Below are positions 54,671 through 55,856 of a stretch of DNA of 55,856 nucleotides, in pieces. The translations under genes and the position numbers were made by a program. The DNA comes from Natrialbaceae archaeon (GTDB lineage: Archaea > Halobacteriota > Halobacteria > Halobacteriales > Natrialbaceae), in the NCBI GenBank assembly GCA_046710005.1, contig JBKEGM010000001.1, positions 1 through 55,856 of the forward strand, given 5' to 3'. The first letter of the stretch is position 1, and each line of letters opens with the position of its first letter. The notes beneath the pieces were generated by a model. It was not told where the DNA came from. It made no database searches and saw only the letters and a program-made list of their open reading frames with translations.

Positions 54671-54934
54671 GTGCTTAACGGTGCCGAGGGAATCGTTGAT
54701 AGGGTCTATGTGGTCCCCGAGTACCGACGGCGTGGTATCGGAACTGACCTTTTCGAGTTCACGATCGAGGAACTGACGGACCGAGGCGTCGAACGATTCG
54801 TCGCCCTGGCCCTCGCGGGAAACGACGTGGCCGCCGATTTCTTTGACGTAGCGGGTTTCGAACGGATGGGGACGGATAGCACGACAATCGCCGGCGAAGA
54901 GTACGACGAAATTGTTTTCGAACGAAGAATCTGA
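54671..54934 (+). pseudogene. GNAT-family acetyltransferase, C-terminal fragment only (probable remnant)
   Basis: The 87-aa ORF holds the acetyl-CoA motif A 'VYVVPEYRRRGIGTDLF' and motif B. An in-frame TAA at 54620-22 leaves at most about 100 aa, and no GNAT N-terminal half appears in any upstream frame. Confidence 0.5.
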
Positions 54935-55090
54935 GCAGTGGACTGGACCGATTCTTATCGGTTGGGTTGACTTCCCGGATCGCGACTGAACCCGACGATC
55001 GCTCTGGACCACGAACGGATCGGACCGGGGACCGTCGCTATCGCTTCGGGGGCCAAGTCATATGGTGTCGTTCCACATATTTGTCCCCAC

Positions 55091-55856
55091 ATGACTACGA
55101 CGCTCGAACTCGCGGAATTCGTCCAGTCGGTGGGCTATGAGGGGTTCACCGAGGAAACCCGAGAAGAACTCAAGAAGCGATTGCTCGATTCCATCGGTAT
55201 TGGCATCGGTGCGCTGGGACACGCTCCCGTCGATGCCGTGTACGAAACCGTGTTGGAAACGAACCGGGGCAACGACTGTCTGCTGTGGGGTCGGGGCGAG
55301 ACCGCCTCCATAGAGGGCGCGGCGATGCACAACACCGCCCTCACCCGATATCTGGACTTCATGGACTCATTTCTTGCCCCCGGGGAGACGCCCCACCCCA
55401 GCGACAACATCGGGGCGATCATGGCCGCCGGCGAGGCCGTCGATGCGACGGGGCGAGAACTCCTGGAAGGCATTGGTGTGGCCTACGAGGTTCAGGGGGA
55501 GTTAGCGTGGAATGCGCCGGTTCGTGACAGGGGCTGGGACCACGTCACGCACACCGTGATATCCGCGACCGCCGGCGTCGCGACGGTTTTGGGGTTGGAC
55601 GTAGAGACAACCCGAGACGCGATCGGGATCGCCGGGACCGCCCACAATGCCCTGCGAGTGACCCGGACCGGCGACATCAACGAGTGGAAGGGCATTGCCT
55701 CGGCCAACGCCGCCCGAAACGCCGTCTATGCCGCGGTGCTCGCCCGCAATGGCATGGAAGGCCCGAAAAACCTCTTCGAGGGCCAGAAAGGCTGGAAAGC
55801 CATCGTCTCCGGAGACTTTGGGGTCGACCTGGATCCAGGGTGTTCCCGGGTTCACG
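55091..55856 (+). CDS. MmgE/PrpD family protein (2-methylcitrate dehydratase-like), 3'-truncated by the window end
   Basis: Not in the ORF track because it has no stop in the window. My translation from ATG 55091 is 'MTTTLELAEFVQSVGYEGFTEETREELKKRLLDSIGIGIGAL...MHNTALTRYLDFMDSF...HPSDNIGAIMAAGE...RGWDHVTH...', typical PrpD/MmgE motifs, open to base 55856. Confidence 0.87.
   Translation, partial: MTTTLELAEFVQSVGYEGFTEETREELKKRLLDSIGIGIGALGHAPVDAVYETVLETNRGNDCLLWGRGETASIEGAAMHNTALTRYLDFMDSFLAPGETPHPSDNIGAIMAAGEAVDATGRELLEGIGVAYEVQGELAWNAPVRDRGWDHVTHTVISATAGVATVLGLDVETTRDAIGIAGTAHNALRVTRTGDINEWKGIASANAARNAVYAAVLARNGMEGPKNLFEGQKGWKAIVSGDFGVDLDPGCSRVH

Noticed and set aside
54414-54776. ORF 54414..54776 (120 aa), considered as the missing N-terminal half of the GNAT gene through a frameshift.
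   Set aside because: Its translation ('...RTPCQNRPFCEDRYPGTQRRYCRSNG...') has no GNAT beta-strand or helix pattern and is basic and Cys-rich. The other upstream frame is equally unconvincing.
1-55856. I looked for CRISPR arrays, IS elements or transposases, integrases, prophage or defence-island signatures, and rRNA genes.
   Set aside because: I found no regularly spaced repeats, no transposase-, integrase- or Cas-like translation in any frame, and no rRNA-like sequence. The only repeats noted are the 26-mers at 17466-17528 and short hairpins.

Overview
All calls below come from reading the sequence and ORF translations by eye; no database or HMM search was run, so family names are motif-level recognitions. 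The window is a GC-rich segment encoding strongly acidic proteins, which fits the core chromosome of a haloarchaeon (class Halobacteria).

Content in order:
- 0.2-6.4 kb, minus strand: the conserved archaeal ribosomal-protein/RNA-polymerase block, tRNA-Ser - S13 - S4 - S11 - RpoD, then tRNA-Leu - L18e - L13 - S9 - RpoN - RpoK - enolase - S2.
- 6.5-9.6 kb: small regulators and orphan proteins (amphi-Trp protein, wHTH, ArsR, and a beta-grasp protein ending in Cys-Cys).
- 9.6-15.7 kb: a heme-copper oxidase locus with coxB-coxC plus two accessory membrane genes, and a divergent fused ctaA/ctaB plus coupled membrane genes.
- 15.7-24.6 kb: ABC-2 exporter, an RHH/PIN pair coupled to galK, a DUF420-like protein, the methylmalonyl-CoA mutase B12 subunit plus MeaB, two alpha/beta hydrolases and small membrane proteins.
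- 24.8-32.8 kb: coxA, a methyltransferase, acs and the methylmalonyl-CoA mutase catalytic subunit.
- 33.1-35.4 kb: a CBS-ParB-like gene and a TrkA_N-DHH/DHHA1 gene.
- 35.5-46.0 kb: the full archaeal-type nuo operon nuoA-B-CD-H-I-J1-J2-K-L-M-N, with no nuoEFG.
- 46.4-55.9 kb: P-loop ATPase pair, sod, photolyase, regulators, a half-size lycopene cyclase, a CBS x4-HPF-like fusion, nikR, a GNAT remnant and a 3'-truncated PrpD/MmgE gene that the ORF track misses.

I saw no CRISPR array, transposase, integrase or recognisable defence island, so this is mostly housekeeping DNA. The items most worth follow-up are:
- the CBS x4-HPF/RaiA-like fusion, a possible nucleotide-gated ribosome hibernation factor;
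- the DHH/CBS-ParB gene pair;
- the 26-bp direct repeats in front of the RHH/PIN/galK unit;
- the YdjM-like gene whose conserved N-terminus lies upstream of any canonical start codon;
- the beta-grasp protein ending in Cys-Cys;
- a stem-loop-rich 460-bp non-coding gap next to nuoA.
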